64,000 nucleotides of DNA from Chrysomallon squamiferum. Lineage: Eukaryota > Animalia > Mollusca. Shown here in pieces: positions 1-11,222 of this stretch. Below the pieces are notes generated by a model. The model saw nothing but the letters and a program-made list of their open reading frames with translations. It was not told where the DNA came from and searched no databases. The DNA is taken from NCBI GenBank assembly GCA_012295275.1, contig CM022665.1, positions 4,588,001 through 4,652,000 of the forward strand, in the 5' to 3' direction. Both the position numbers and the translations under genes were made by a program. Each line of letters opens with the position of its first letter. The first letter of the stretch is position 1.

Positions 1-299
1 ACTCTTAAACCTTTTCCTTTAGGTTTCAATAGATCATAAAGCTACAGAGCAAAATAAAAATAACAGAAAAGGAAAAAAGAGATAGACGAGTTTTCTATGG
101 TTAAAACACATCTATGTAATCCAGCTATATGTTGCTTTCTAAACAAGCTACAACAACAAAAAAACTGTATGCGTTTATTTTTTTATTCAGTACGTGGGAT
201 CTTTTCTTTAATTTTACTAAAGATCTTCATGTTCTTTCCAGTATAATCTGTCAAAGGAAAAATATATATTGATTCAAACAAATAAATATATTAACCGGA

Positions 300-335
<36 letters not shown>

Positions 336-775
336 TTTTTCAATACTTAAACAAAGTGCTCATCAGTGTTAATATGGAAAAAATATAAAATGATAAGAAA
401 ACCGCATCAAAACATCGGACACAAATATGACCACAAAAAATAAATAAATTAATTAATAAATTAATTAATAAATAAATAAACAAAAAACCGATTGAATCAG
501 ATAAAAAGAAACATAAAAGCAATTTATTATGCAATGAATAACTATTATCTTTCGAAAGTATAATAATAATAATAATAATGATAATAATAATAATAATAAT
601 AATGATGATGAAGAAGAAGAAGAAGAATGATGATGATGATGATGATAATTATAATAACTGAGCCAAATAATATAAAAGTAAAAACAAAATAAAATAAAAT
701 AATAAGAATAGTAACACGTATTTTGAATGAGACGTATAAGTAAAAAATTTCCAGTCAGACGAACCTCTTCTGTTT

Positions 776-1583
776 CTATTCCATTTCACTCAGATCTCTG
801 ACCATTCTCTGAAATTCGTCAGTTGTAATGTGTGTATTGTCTAAAACAAACAAACATAAATAAATTATAATGTCCTCTAAGTATGAGCTCTCAAAGAATA
901 ATAAAAAAAATATTATTTACCTATTTTAAATAGAAATATCTATTTTTGATAATAATAATAATAATAATAATAATAATTAATAATAATAATAATAAAAATT
1001 ATTATTATCTTATCCCTTTTAGAACAAATCTAAAGATTTTCCTTAAATATCTTACACTTGTAATATTCTTTATCATTAATACTAAATGTTTATTTAAGAA
1101 TATTTTCACCTCCGTCAACAAGAGCCAACAAATCCTCAGCATCTCGACGACTCATTATTTTCTCAAGTTCTTCTTGGTCTAACAGTCCATCATTGTTGGT
1201 GTCGATCTCGGAAATATCTGAAACAAATATATATTATACATAAATTAGAACTGTATTTAATTCTGACATGAGATTGTGGTTGATTGTTATTTCTCACATA
1301 CTCTCATTTCTTAAGCATGGTGACTGAACTTCAGTTTAAAAATCTGATGATTTTTCTCAACTTAAATTTAACGTGAACTAAATGGATATCCCGTTCCAGT
1401 GCATACCTCGCTTCCCTCTCGCAATCCAGTCTTTTCCTCTTCTGTAAGCCCAGTCTAGAGCTTTACGTTTTGCCCAATCTCTGACCTTTCTCCATCGGAT
1501 TCTGATACGAAACGACGCCAGGCATCAGCCTCGTTCAGGACAGCGAATACCGCTACGAGTACAAGGAGCAGGGCAACTCTCAT
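776..1583 (-). pseudogene. Copy A: cationic peptide/EF-hand precursor with a 1-bp frameshift in the mature peptide (pseudogene, null allele or sequence error)
   Basis: Coding exons 1583-1407 (177 nt, 178 needed), 1217-1110 and 840-776, all GT-AG. Restoring one base in TGGCGTCG-TTTCGT gives MRVALLLVLVAVFAVLNEADA|WRRFRIRIRWRKVRDWAKRKALDWAYRRGKDWIAR|GKR|DISEIDTNNDGLLDQEELEKIMSRRDAEDLLALVDGDNTHITTDEFQRMVRDLSEME*. As written it reads WRRFVSESDGERSEIGQNVKL*. The non-coding exon 1 ends at 2163; the last exon starts at 247 with AATAAA at ~187 and ~179. Confidence 0.85.
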
Positions 1584-2006
1584 CTGAAGAAGAACAAAAT
1601 ACGTTTTAGAACATCTCACAGTCCATTAGGTTCTGAAGGTAAAAATTAAATACTATCTGAAGGTCAACAATATATTTGACCTACTGTTCTCATCTGAAGA
1701 AGAACAAAATACGTTTTAGAACATCCTACAGTCCAGTAGATTCTGAAGGTTAAAATTAAATACTATCTGAAGGTCAACAATATATTTCACCTATTGTTCA
1801 TAATACAGAGAATATTTATTTCATTGTAATTTGATTTAATCCATTAATTTTTTTTATTTCTTTTGTCCGTCTCTCTGTGTTCGCGTTTTCGTTCTTTTCA
1901 CTCTACATATACAGAGATATATTGATATTCTCAGGTTGAAATAAAGAAGTAATAGATAAACAAACATTTTGTCTTTAGACTGATGCAAAATTTTATCTAT
2001 TCATAT

Positions 2007-2009
<3 letters not shown>

Positions 2010-2094
<85 letters not shown>

Positions 2095-2106
2095 TGTGTG
2101 TGTGTG
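2010..2106. repeat. (GA)n/(GT)n microsatellite in intron 1 of copy A
   Basis: Direct reading. Other long SSRs: (TACA)n ~7238-7320, (CT)n ~9570-9658, (GA)n ~52063-52157, (TA)n ~52626-52690 and many (AAT)n tracts. Confidence 0.95.
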
Positions 2107-2162
2107 TTCAAAAACACGATATCGTATATTCAGAGTTAGAAGAGATAAAAGCTATGACTTAC

Positions 2163-2420
2163 CTTTAAGTCTGAAATCGGTTATTCAGATAAAGAATAAA
2201 TAAAAATGTTACAATGCTCGGTATATTTATATTAAATTGGTGTTGTAATTTTCACATAGACCAGAGAGAAAGAGTGTGAGAACATTTCACAGTGACCATC
2301 CTGTTAAAACAGTTTTGTGATAATGTTTTTTTATTTCAAGATCCTGTTAAAACAATCTGTTGCGACTGTTGAATTAATTAATACGGTCACGTTACCGATG
2401 GCGATGTTCTGTAAACTAAT
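2163..2420 (-). promoter_or_regulatory. Promoter and non-coding exon 1 of copy A
   Basis: Minus strand: TCGCAACAGATTGTTTTAACAGGATCT (2365-2339), TTCTCACAC, TATAAA (2231-2226), then an exon ending ACTTAAAG|GTAAGT. Same layout as the other paralogs. Confidence 0.75.
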
Positions 2421-3969
2421 TCTTGAGTACACAGAAGTCATTTTTATAATGTTAAATTTATTATATCTCATTTTAAAGCGACACTTATGAAAAATAACTT
2501 TTATAATAATAAACTGGTTGACAACAGTAGAAGTAATAGTAGCACAAATATGGATAAGTAATTTAATAATAAATACATTTCTGACAATTTTAAAAAACCT
2601 ATATATTTCGAGATTTGTATACAGAAATTCTTCTTCAGTAAAATGACAGTTTCGCAAGGAAAAATGTCTGTGAGTTTAAGTACATATTTTGAAAGGTCGT
2701 CTGATAAAATGATATATATTAGCAGTAGCAATCGTGAATATACTCCGACTGAAGATGAACAAATGTTTTAAAAATACTAATATCTCTGATAGTATTGTAT
2801 TCAGTCTAATTTTACTAATAAGTAAATGAAAATCACTGAATCTCGACTGTAAAGACCATTTATTTCTTTTTTATGTATGTTCGTAAGTGAAAGCTTTTTA
2901 TAAACATTGCAAGTAGTTAGTGTTAAAGTAAACACTTTGTCAGAAATCATTGTCTTTGTTTTATCATTTATCACTGGATATCCTATTTTGTTTTGTATGT
3001 TAGTAGAATATCGTGAGTATGTGTCTCTCTTCTTTTTTCCCTTTGTCCATTAAATGTATAAAAATAAATAAAGAAATAAGATATAAACTTTTTAATATTG
3101 TTAATTTAATTCGGTTTTAAGAATGTTTGAAATCTAAGCCATGGAAAAGATTCGGGAGAAATTTATCAAAGTAACCAGAGTGACAAGGTTTTCTCCTCTT
3201 TAATATCTCTAAAATCTTCAGCATGACTTAAATACTTAATAATTATTAATATAAAAATATGGTGAGATGCTGCATTATATTTTCGAATCATTTAGACGTT
3301 AATAATGATATCATTTTGAAATTTATATCAAAATTTAACAAAACTCCATCTTTTGAGAATAATGCCTATGACAATCTTTAATTTAGGTGAATCTGCAAAG
3401 AGTCTTAGTTAGAGAAAGCCTCTGTAAATTTCAGTTTCACTATTACACATCATTGTTCTCTGCTGACTTATTTCAAACAGGGTTTCTAAAGATTTCTATA
3501 GTTTATGGCAACACAACATTTAATTAATCTAGCCGTGTCAGCATTACGATCTGAAATATAAATTACAGATATGTAGTTACATTGATAAACCCCAGTCGTT
3601 CTATATATTCATACAGTTTTACAACGAAGGTGTAACTGGTAGAATGCTTGTCCATAAGGATATTTACCACTCCAGTCACCGACCTACAGTAAATGTATCA
3701 AATACTTTGGCATGTATGTTATTGTGTATCTAATATTGATATATATGTTCTGTTGACGTCAAGTAATAGGAAAAACATTTTTATGAAAGAATTACAGTTA
3801 GTATTACTATATACATATAATATGTATGTATGCATTTTTGTTTTCACACACAAGCATTATTCAGTATAACAATACATTTGTTTACAACAAGAACACAAAC
3901 AAGAGTAAGAAAACTAATGATAAATACATTTCTGACAGTTGTAATAAAAGTAAATTATGCGACGGCTGT

Positions 3970-4196
3970 TTCGAGATTTGTTTAGTAAAACTTGCCTACA
4001 GTAACAGGACAGTTTTGGCTCAAACTATTAATTCGCAACAGATTGGGATAACAGGATCTTTGCATTTATGCTTTCACACTTACTCGTCGATCAAAACATA
4101 AAAAAAAACAATCCCCAGTTTAATATAAATTCGTGGACTACTACAATAATTTCAATTGCTGTTTTTTCTCTCTTAGAACCGTTTTACGCTTGAAAG
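3970..4196 (+). promoter_or_regulatory. Promoter and non-coding exon 1 of copy B
   Basis: TCGCAACAGATTGGGATAACAGGATCT at 4033-4059, TTTCACAC, CCAGTTTAATATAAA at ~4114-4128; exon ends TTGAAAG|GTAAAA at 4196. Confidence 0.75.
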
Positions 4197-4400
4197 GTAA
4201 AAAACACATTTTATATTATTTTATTATTATTTTTTTTTTTCTCTGAAATTGCTTTATTAAATTCGGAATTATATTATTATTCATATTTTAATTTATCGAA
4301 TTTTAATATTTTCAGAATTGTACAAAAGTTTATTAAATGTAAAATCATTTATTTAAAATAAATAATCTGGTTTTAAAATAAACTCCTGATTCTTCTTCAG

Positions 4401-5623
4401 ATGAGAATTGCTCTGCTTTTTGTTCTCGTTGCGGTGTTTGCTGTTCTAAACCAGGGCGATGCTTGGCGTCGGTTTCGAGTCAGAATTCGATGGAGGCGAG
4501 TCAGAGATTGGGCAAAACGTGCAGCTGTAAACTGGGCTGCAAAGAAAGCTGCAGCATGGGCATTAGCTGCTGCTGGAAAGCGAGGTGCGTATTCAGTCGA
4601 TATTCCTATTAAACTTTTCTTTATTATTAAGTGTTCATCCTTGATTTCTTCTGTAAATACATTGTCAGAGGAAATAATAAATATTCCGCTTCGAAAAATT
4701 GTTTGATAATGATTTCTATTTGCGCGTGAATCGCAAACTTTAACAGAAACGTTAATTAAAAATGAAGACTATTTTCATTCTACTTAACAGCCGGTAGGTT
4801 GGTCGTTTTCAATTTATTCATGTACATGTTGGTTATTAAGGAAATCAGATTTTAATGAAATTTATTTTAGATGTTTCTGATCTTGACACCAACATGGACG
4901 GATTCCTCGACAAAGAGGAACTTGAGAAAATAATGAGTGAACGAGACGTTGAGGATTTCATGGATCTTGTTGACGAACACGGTAAAAAATATTATTTCTT
5001 TTAAAAAGATTTTCAATAGTTGTCACCGAAAACACAAACCCATGAACATTTGAATTTCGCAAAGAGATATAAAAATGTTTCTGTGTTTAAATGTATATTT
5101 CGAAAGGTCAACTGATAAACTGATATATGTTAGCAGTAGTAACTATCAATATGCTCTGCCGAAGAACAAACATTTTACAAATACAAAAATCTCTGATAGT
5201 ATTCTATTCAGTCTAATTTTAGGAATACTTCACTAATAATTATTGTCATCATATCAAAGATGATTTTGTGAATTTAAATAGGTAATACGTAGAACAAAGA
5301 CTTAAATAAAATCTGTCCTATAAAGATCGATAAAACTGTCACTGTTTGAGGTGACTGGCTTGTGACTGCTGATAAAATTCTAGAAGAAATGTGTAAATGG
5401 CTGACATACTTTAAATTCAAGTTTATGATCTAAAATGTAAAACCATTACAATGTCCTTATGTCATGTTTATATTTAATATTTGATGACTTTAAGAAAAGG
5501 TTCGTGTTGTTGCTGTTATTGTTGTTGTTGTTGATGTTGGTTTTATTATTACTACCAGGAAACTCTCAGATTACAACTGACGACTTTCAGAGAGTTGTCA
5601 GAGAACTGAACGAGATGCAATGA
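4401..5623 (+). CDS. Copy B: secreted Arg/Trp-rich cationic peptide precursor with C-terminal EF-hand pair (119 aa)
   Basis: Exons 4401-4584, 4871-4981 and 5559-5623 (360 nt, phase-1 GT-AG introns): MRIALLFVLVAVFAVLNQGDA|WRRFRVRIRWRRVRDWAKRAAVNWAAKKAAAWALAAA|GKR|DVSDLDTNMDGFLDKEELEKIMSERDVEDFMDLVDEHGNSQITTDDFQRVVRELNEMQ*. The 3' UTR exon starts at 5934, AATAAA at 5980. Confidence 0.9.
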
Positions 5624-7568
5624 AAAGAAGAGGTTTGTTTAAAATTTGAATATGTTTTTAAAGTGTTTGGCCAACAGATGAAGTTATTGTTATTGTTGCT
5701 GTTGGTGTTGTTGTTGTTGTTATTATTAGTAGTAGTATTACATCATTAGGTTTTTTAATTATTAGTGTAAATTTTCATTTCGTGTCTTTCTAATCTGTCC
5801 CATGAATAATTTTGGTAATTATTTTATTGATATTACTATAGGTTAAGTTGTTACTATCATTGTTGTTGTTTTTATTATCATTAAAATTATATAATATTTT
5901 ATGATTTAATTTCTTTTTTCCTTCTTTTAACAGATGGACTCGAACAGAGAAAGGAATGTTTACAAATATAAAATAAATCAATAAAGTGCAAACATTTTCG
6001 TTTTTGTTGATTTATATTTTATTTAATGTCTTTTATTCTAAGAGAAAATGTAGTTTCTCAGTCTACATGAAAGGCTGAATCGGTGCTTTCATTCTTACAT
6101 GGAACAGAAGAAAGTATTTTGATATCGTTAGTGTTAGTTGTAAACTTTTAAAACGAGCTAGTTTGTATGGAGACAATTTTTAATAAGTTCTGTGGTAGGT
6201 CAAACACAAGTAAACAGACGATACGTTTACGCATGCGTGTAACTGCTACTTCAATGTATCTAATTAAAAGTCAGTCACGTTTTGCTACATAGCTGTTGTT
6301 TTCACAGTATTCTGAAACCAGCTTTTATAAAGAGAAAGATTACATTGTGTTTGTGTGATTGTACTGTTAACATGATACAGAATAACACGTCAAATAAAAT
6401 TAGTTATTCTTAACTGATCTTAGGATATCCTGTTTTGCATTGTTCAAGGTATGTTAAATACACAATACTCCCAATTTAACAGATCAAAAATGATGAAACG
6501 CTATTTGTTTAATTGGTATTTCAGTATTATAAGTTCGTAATTTAAACAGTTATAACTTTATTATATGGAAAGTTTATAATGAAGATAACTATTCGATACA
6601 TATTTGAAAACAATAACCTAGACACCAGATGAACACGATGTTAATGATTCAGGCTAATATACCAAGTGAAGTGTCTGGCTGTATGGATGTGGATCTTCCA
6701 CCCAAGTCATCTACTCCTATCGAGCACTGGGTGAACTGTTGAAGGCATCTACCATACAATTTCGGATTCAGTAGCTTACTCAGGATGTAAAATATTTTCT
6801 GCAAAAGTCGGTTTAAGCTAGATTCACATAAAACTCTGCAGTTATAAACTGACATTTTCGCTGTGTTTTTACTGAAATTCTCAGCCATCGTCTGTATACC
6901 ACATGAAAGAAAACATGTCTGTCTTTTTTCTGTGAATGAATCATGTCAACTGTTTACTGAGTGAATATGTTACACTGTTTTTGCTAAGAACTTTGATTGA
7001 AGAATGGTTTTCAAAACATGTCATGGGGTGGGGGTGATACATGTGGCTAGGTTGGGTTTTTTTATCCCTTCAGCATAAACATATTACAATATCTATGATT
7101 ACTTACAAATGAACATTCATCATTACCAAAATTGATCATAGTATAATCTCTCTTTTAGTGATTCAAATAAAATAAAACTGGGTAATTATCTTTGCTTTTT
7201 AAAGTTTCCAAGTGTTGTCATTACGCTCTTTACATGATACATACATACATACATACATACATACATACATACATACATACATACATACATACATACATAC
7301 ATACATACATACATTCATACATGCATACAAACATACATACAAATGTCTAACTCTTTTCACCTTATTTTTCAACGTTTATAACAAATACTGGTTTATTCCA
7401 TTATTAGGTTCTTTCTAATATGTTGATTGAAGTTTAAATGTTTCCCGTAAACATATCTGTAATCCTATTTATTTTAACGAAAGACTGAACTTTTAAATTA
7501 AATCCGATATTTCTGATAGAATTGATACGTGGCATGCAAACATAAACAGGCGCGCGCGCGCGCACACA

Positions 7569-7609
<41 letters not shown>

Positions 7610-8445
7610 CCACGTATGTGCTTATATTTTACTGCATGAGATAACAGAACAGGATGTCTGTTAAATGTGACTAATTTTCAGATAGTGTTATATTGTGTTA
7701 TGTGAACAAACATTCACACATATATATTAACTGGTATCAAAAAACTTTTAATCTGTACATCTGCTACGCAAAAGGTGAATGTTTTCATTAAACATAGAGT
7801 AGGTGATGTTCCATCTGGTTGATTGATTGTTGTTATTTTGTTTCATATTACCAAGAACAGACATTTATTAAAAATAATTGGTCACATATTGTATAAACAC
7901 ACGCATATATGATATGTGTATGAGAAATGCACGAAGGTCTCTCTCGCTACAGACTATATTTTTCTTGGACTAGTATATATATATATATATAGATATATAT
8001 ATACCAGGTCCTGGCAAATACGCACGGCCATGGCTATGAAGAGCTTTATCATGAAATGTGCAATGATTATTGAAAATAAAACAAACAGATTCAAAACTTG
8101 TTACAATAAGCTTTCGTATATTAAACATGGGAGATGGGTCAAATAAGATCACTTACACCCAGACAGATATGTTTCCTAATTCCTGCCCACCACAGTAATC
8201 AATAAAAGTAACAGTTAAGGTTACATTAAAACGAAAAAAAAACAAAAAAATTAACACAAAGATCCATTTAATGCAATGTACGAAATCCAAATGTGATAAA
8301 ACTATGCGGATGATCAGATGAAGACAAATGGAGGTAATGCTATTATATTTGTTACGTTTGTATCTACATGTTTTTGTTGGCTGTGTGAGTGTTTATATAT
8401 ATATATATATATACGGTTTATAGATAGATAGATAGATACAATAGA

Positions 8446-8486
<41 letters not shown>

Positions 8487-8632
8487 GAACATGAAGGTGG
8501 GTATATTAACAGTTACATTAACAGACAGATAAAGATACAACTGAACTCAGATATAACATATGTCTTTTTAAATTTTATTTGGGTATTTAATTAATTCTTT
8601 AGTTAAAATGTTTTCATTTATATCTGTTGTTT

Positions 8633-8695
<63 letters not shown>

Positions 8696-9249
8696 CCATC
8701 TAATGTGAGGCTAATGCGTATCTTAACTAATAAAATTTCAGGTGTAATCAAGAGGATCTCACCAAACGCCAATGTTCACTAACCTTATTTCAGACTTGAC
8801 AAATCAGGTAAAAAGAAAATGGACAGTGTGGAAATACCTGAGGGAAAAAAAAAAGGAAAAAAAAAAAAAAGGATCAAATGGATCTAAAAATTTGTAAAAC
8901 TGTTTTAATGGATAGAATAACATACTTTAGTATATGTACAGTTTCGGTATCATGTAAGAATGCTATGAGTGATAAAAAGTAGCAAGTATTTACCGTATTT
9001 TCAGTAATAAACACTGACACCTTGTCTTAACTTTTTTTAATGAAATATGCCGTACGTACGGTTTATTAATTTTGGTAATAAAGGACACAAATACGTAGAT
9101 ACAAAATTAAACAGTTGTATTTAAGGTGTTAAAGCATTATCTAATTTTATATATTAAGAAGAAAAAAAAAAAAATGTCTTAATGTATATAACAATACTAC
9201 CTTGGCATGAGTAAATTATTATGGATTCTGGAGCATGTCATTTTGGCTA

Positions 9250-9501
9250 CCAGTTTTACAAAACATTGCCTTCGGTAACATTAACGCATTAACAAACTTA
9301 TCATCGCAGCAGATTGTTTTAACAGGAACTTGACAATGAAAATGTTCTTATTAAGTGCTTCAACAGATGTCAGTATTAGTAAATTCTCACTTGCGCTTCC
9401 TGATGCAAGTGGAAATATCAGCACCAGTTTAGTATAAATATACCAACTACATTAACATTTTCATTTATTCTTTAGCTGAATAACCGATTTCAAACTTAAA
9501 G
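9250..9501 (+). promoter_or_regulatory. Promoter and non-coding exon 1 of copy C
   Basis: TCGCAGCAGATTGTTTTAACAGGAACT at 9304-9330, CCAGTTTAGTATAAA at ~9424-9438; exon ends ACTTAAAG|GTAAGA at 9501. Confidence 0.75.
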
Positions 9502-9564
9502 GTAAGATATCGCTTTATTTTATTCCGTTTAAAATAAGATTTGTTTCTTAACATAAACCAGTGT

Positions 9565-9661
<97 letters not shown>

Positions 9662-9888
9662 ATGTGTAAACGTTATCAACTGTTTTGAAAAATATATTTT
9701 GCCAGTTATAAAAAGATAAACGTATTGATGAGAACGAAGCCTGTAATGCCTTATGTTCGTATTAAAAAAAAATATATCTAAATAAGCCGAGAATGTGGTT
9801 TTACGATTAATAAGGCCAAAATATTTTTCTAAGTATCGTATATATTCTGGACTTATGTGTTGGTTTTAGAAAACATTTATTTTTTCAG

Positions 9889-10323
9889 ATGAGATTTGCT
9901 TTCCTCCTTGCATTCGTTGTGGTAGTCGTCGTGGTAAGTGAGGCGGACGCTTGGCCTAGGCATCATCGTCGATGGAGGTTTTCCAGACCCTGGATTAAAC
10001 CCTGGACTCACCGAAAAGTAAAAGATTGGATTGCGAAAGGGAAGCGAGGTTTGTACCGATATAATCCAAGACACTGGCAAGTATTAAAGTTAAAGTTTCA
10101 TATGTCAGTCAATATATTAATATATATAAACTTATTTATAGTTTTTAAATTAATTTAATACCTATTAGATTTCACACTTTGTTTTGAAAATAAACATCAG
10201 TTTCCTGAAGTTGAATATCCTGAATATCAAACATCCTGATGTCTCATTATATAAAGACTAAAAACTAGGACCTATTATACACATCATTATTACTGCATTA
10301 AAATAAAAATACTAGAGTTAAAA

Positions 10324-10354
<31 letters not shown>

Positions 10355-10377
10355 CAGTAATAGCAGTAGTAGTAGTA

Positions 10378-10435
<58 letters not shown>

Positions 10436-10821
10436 TAGTAGTAGTAATAATAATAATAGCAGCAACAAAAGAAACAACAATAATAATAAATAGAAATGCT
10501 CATTATACTGAACACGTTAATGACAGTCTAACTACACAATAACTTTTATGTTTGTTTGTTTTTTGTATATAAAACTACGACTTATAATCTAGTTTACAAA
10601 TATAATCTTACAAGGACATTTCAGAGCTCGACGCCATCTCAGATAGACTCGTAGGTCAAGAACTTGAGAACATAATGAGTCGTCGAAATGCTGAGGATTC
10701 GTTGGAAATGATGGACGAAGAAGGTAAATATATTTTGGATTTATGTAAATTTTAAAGAAATGCTTTAATCGTGAACAATTTAAGGGGAATTTGTAAAATA
10801 TAAAATTATTAAATATATATA

Positions 10822-10857
<36 letters not shown>

Positions 10858-11100
10858 CATGCTTTTACTTGTTGGCAATTTTTTTATTTTATAAAGGTTT
10901 GTAATATTTAATTTTTACGATTTTTTTTTTTCTTTTCTAAGTAAGATAATTTACTTTGACCTTTTTACCCTGTCATAGATGTAGTATTTAAAAAATAGCT
11001 AAAAGAATATATTTTATTTATTTATTCCTTAGTTACTTTCCTACTTACCTATTTATTTACCTATTTATGTTATTTATTCATTTATTTCATATTGTTATAT

Positions 11101-11131
<31 letters not shown>

Positions 11132-11222
11132 TTAGTTTATTAATTTATTTATTTTAGAAGGTGCCCATATTTCAACTGATAACTTCGACAGAATGATCAG
11201 GGAACTAAATGAAATTGAATAG
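9889..11222 (+). CDS. Copy C: divergent His/Pro/Trp/Arg-rich peptide precursor with degenerate EF-hands (~107 aa)
   Basis: Exons 9889-10048, 10625-10723 (using TTTCAG|AG, because the ancestral acceptor before 10616 reads GG) and 11158-11222: MRFAFLLAFVVVVVVVSEADA|WPRHHRRWRFSRPWIKPWTHRKVKDWIAK|GKR|ELDAISDRLVGQELENIMSRRNAEDSLEMMDEEEGAHISTDNFDRMIRELNEIE*. The 3' UTR exon starts at 11533, AATAAA at ~11590. Confidence 0.78.

Noticed and set aside
4401-4584. Classical neuropeptide precursor interpretation of the GKR site
   Set aside because: There is a single long, highly cationic peptide rather than short repeated motifs, and rapid gene turnover fits defence peptides better. It is not formally excluded, and internal RR/KR pairs could be additional cleavage sites.
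4585-4706. Unspliced read-through tails of peptide exons (e.g. GKRGAYSVDIP..., GKRGLYRYN..., GKRGRN) and upstream extensions of EF-hand exon ORFs
   Set aside because: They are not conserved between paralogs. A GT donor sits at the same position in every copy, so these stretches are intronic.
6649-6888. 79-aa minus-strand ORF MAENFSKNTAKM... in a GC-richer patch
   Set aside because: No recognisable domain, signal peptide or splice partners; probably a TE remnant.
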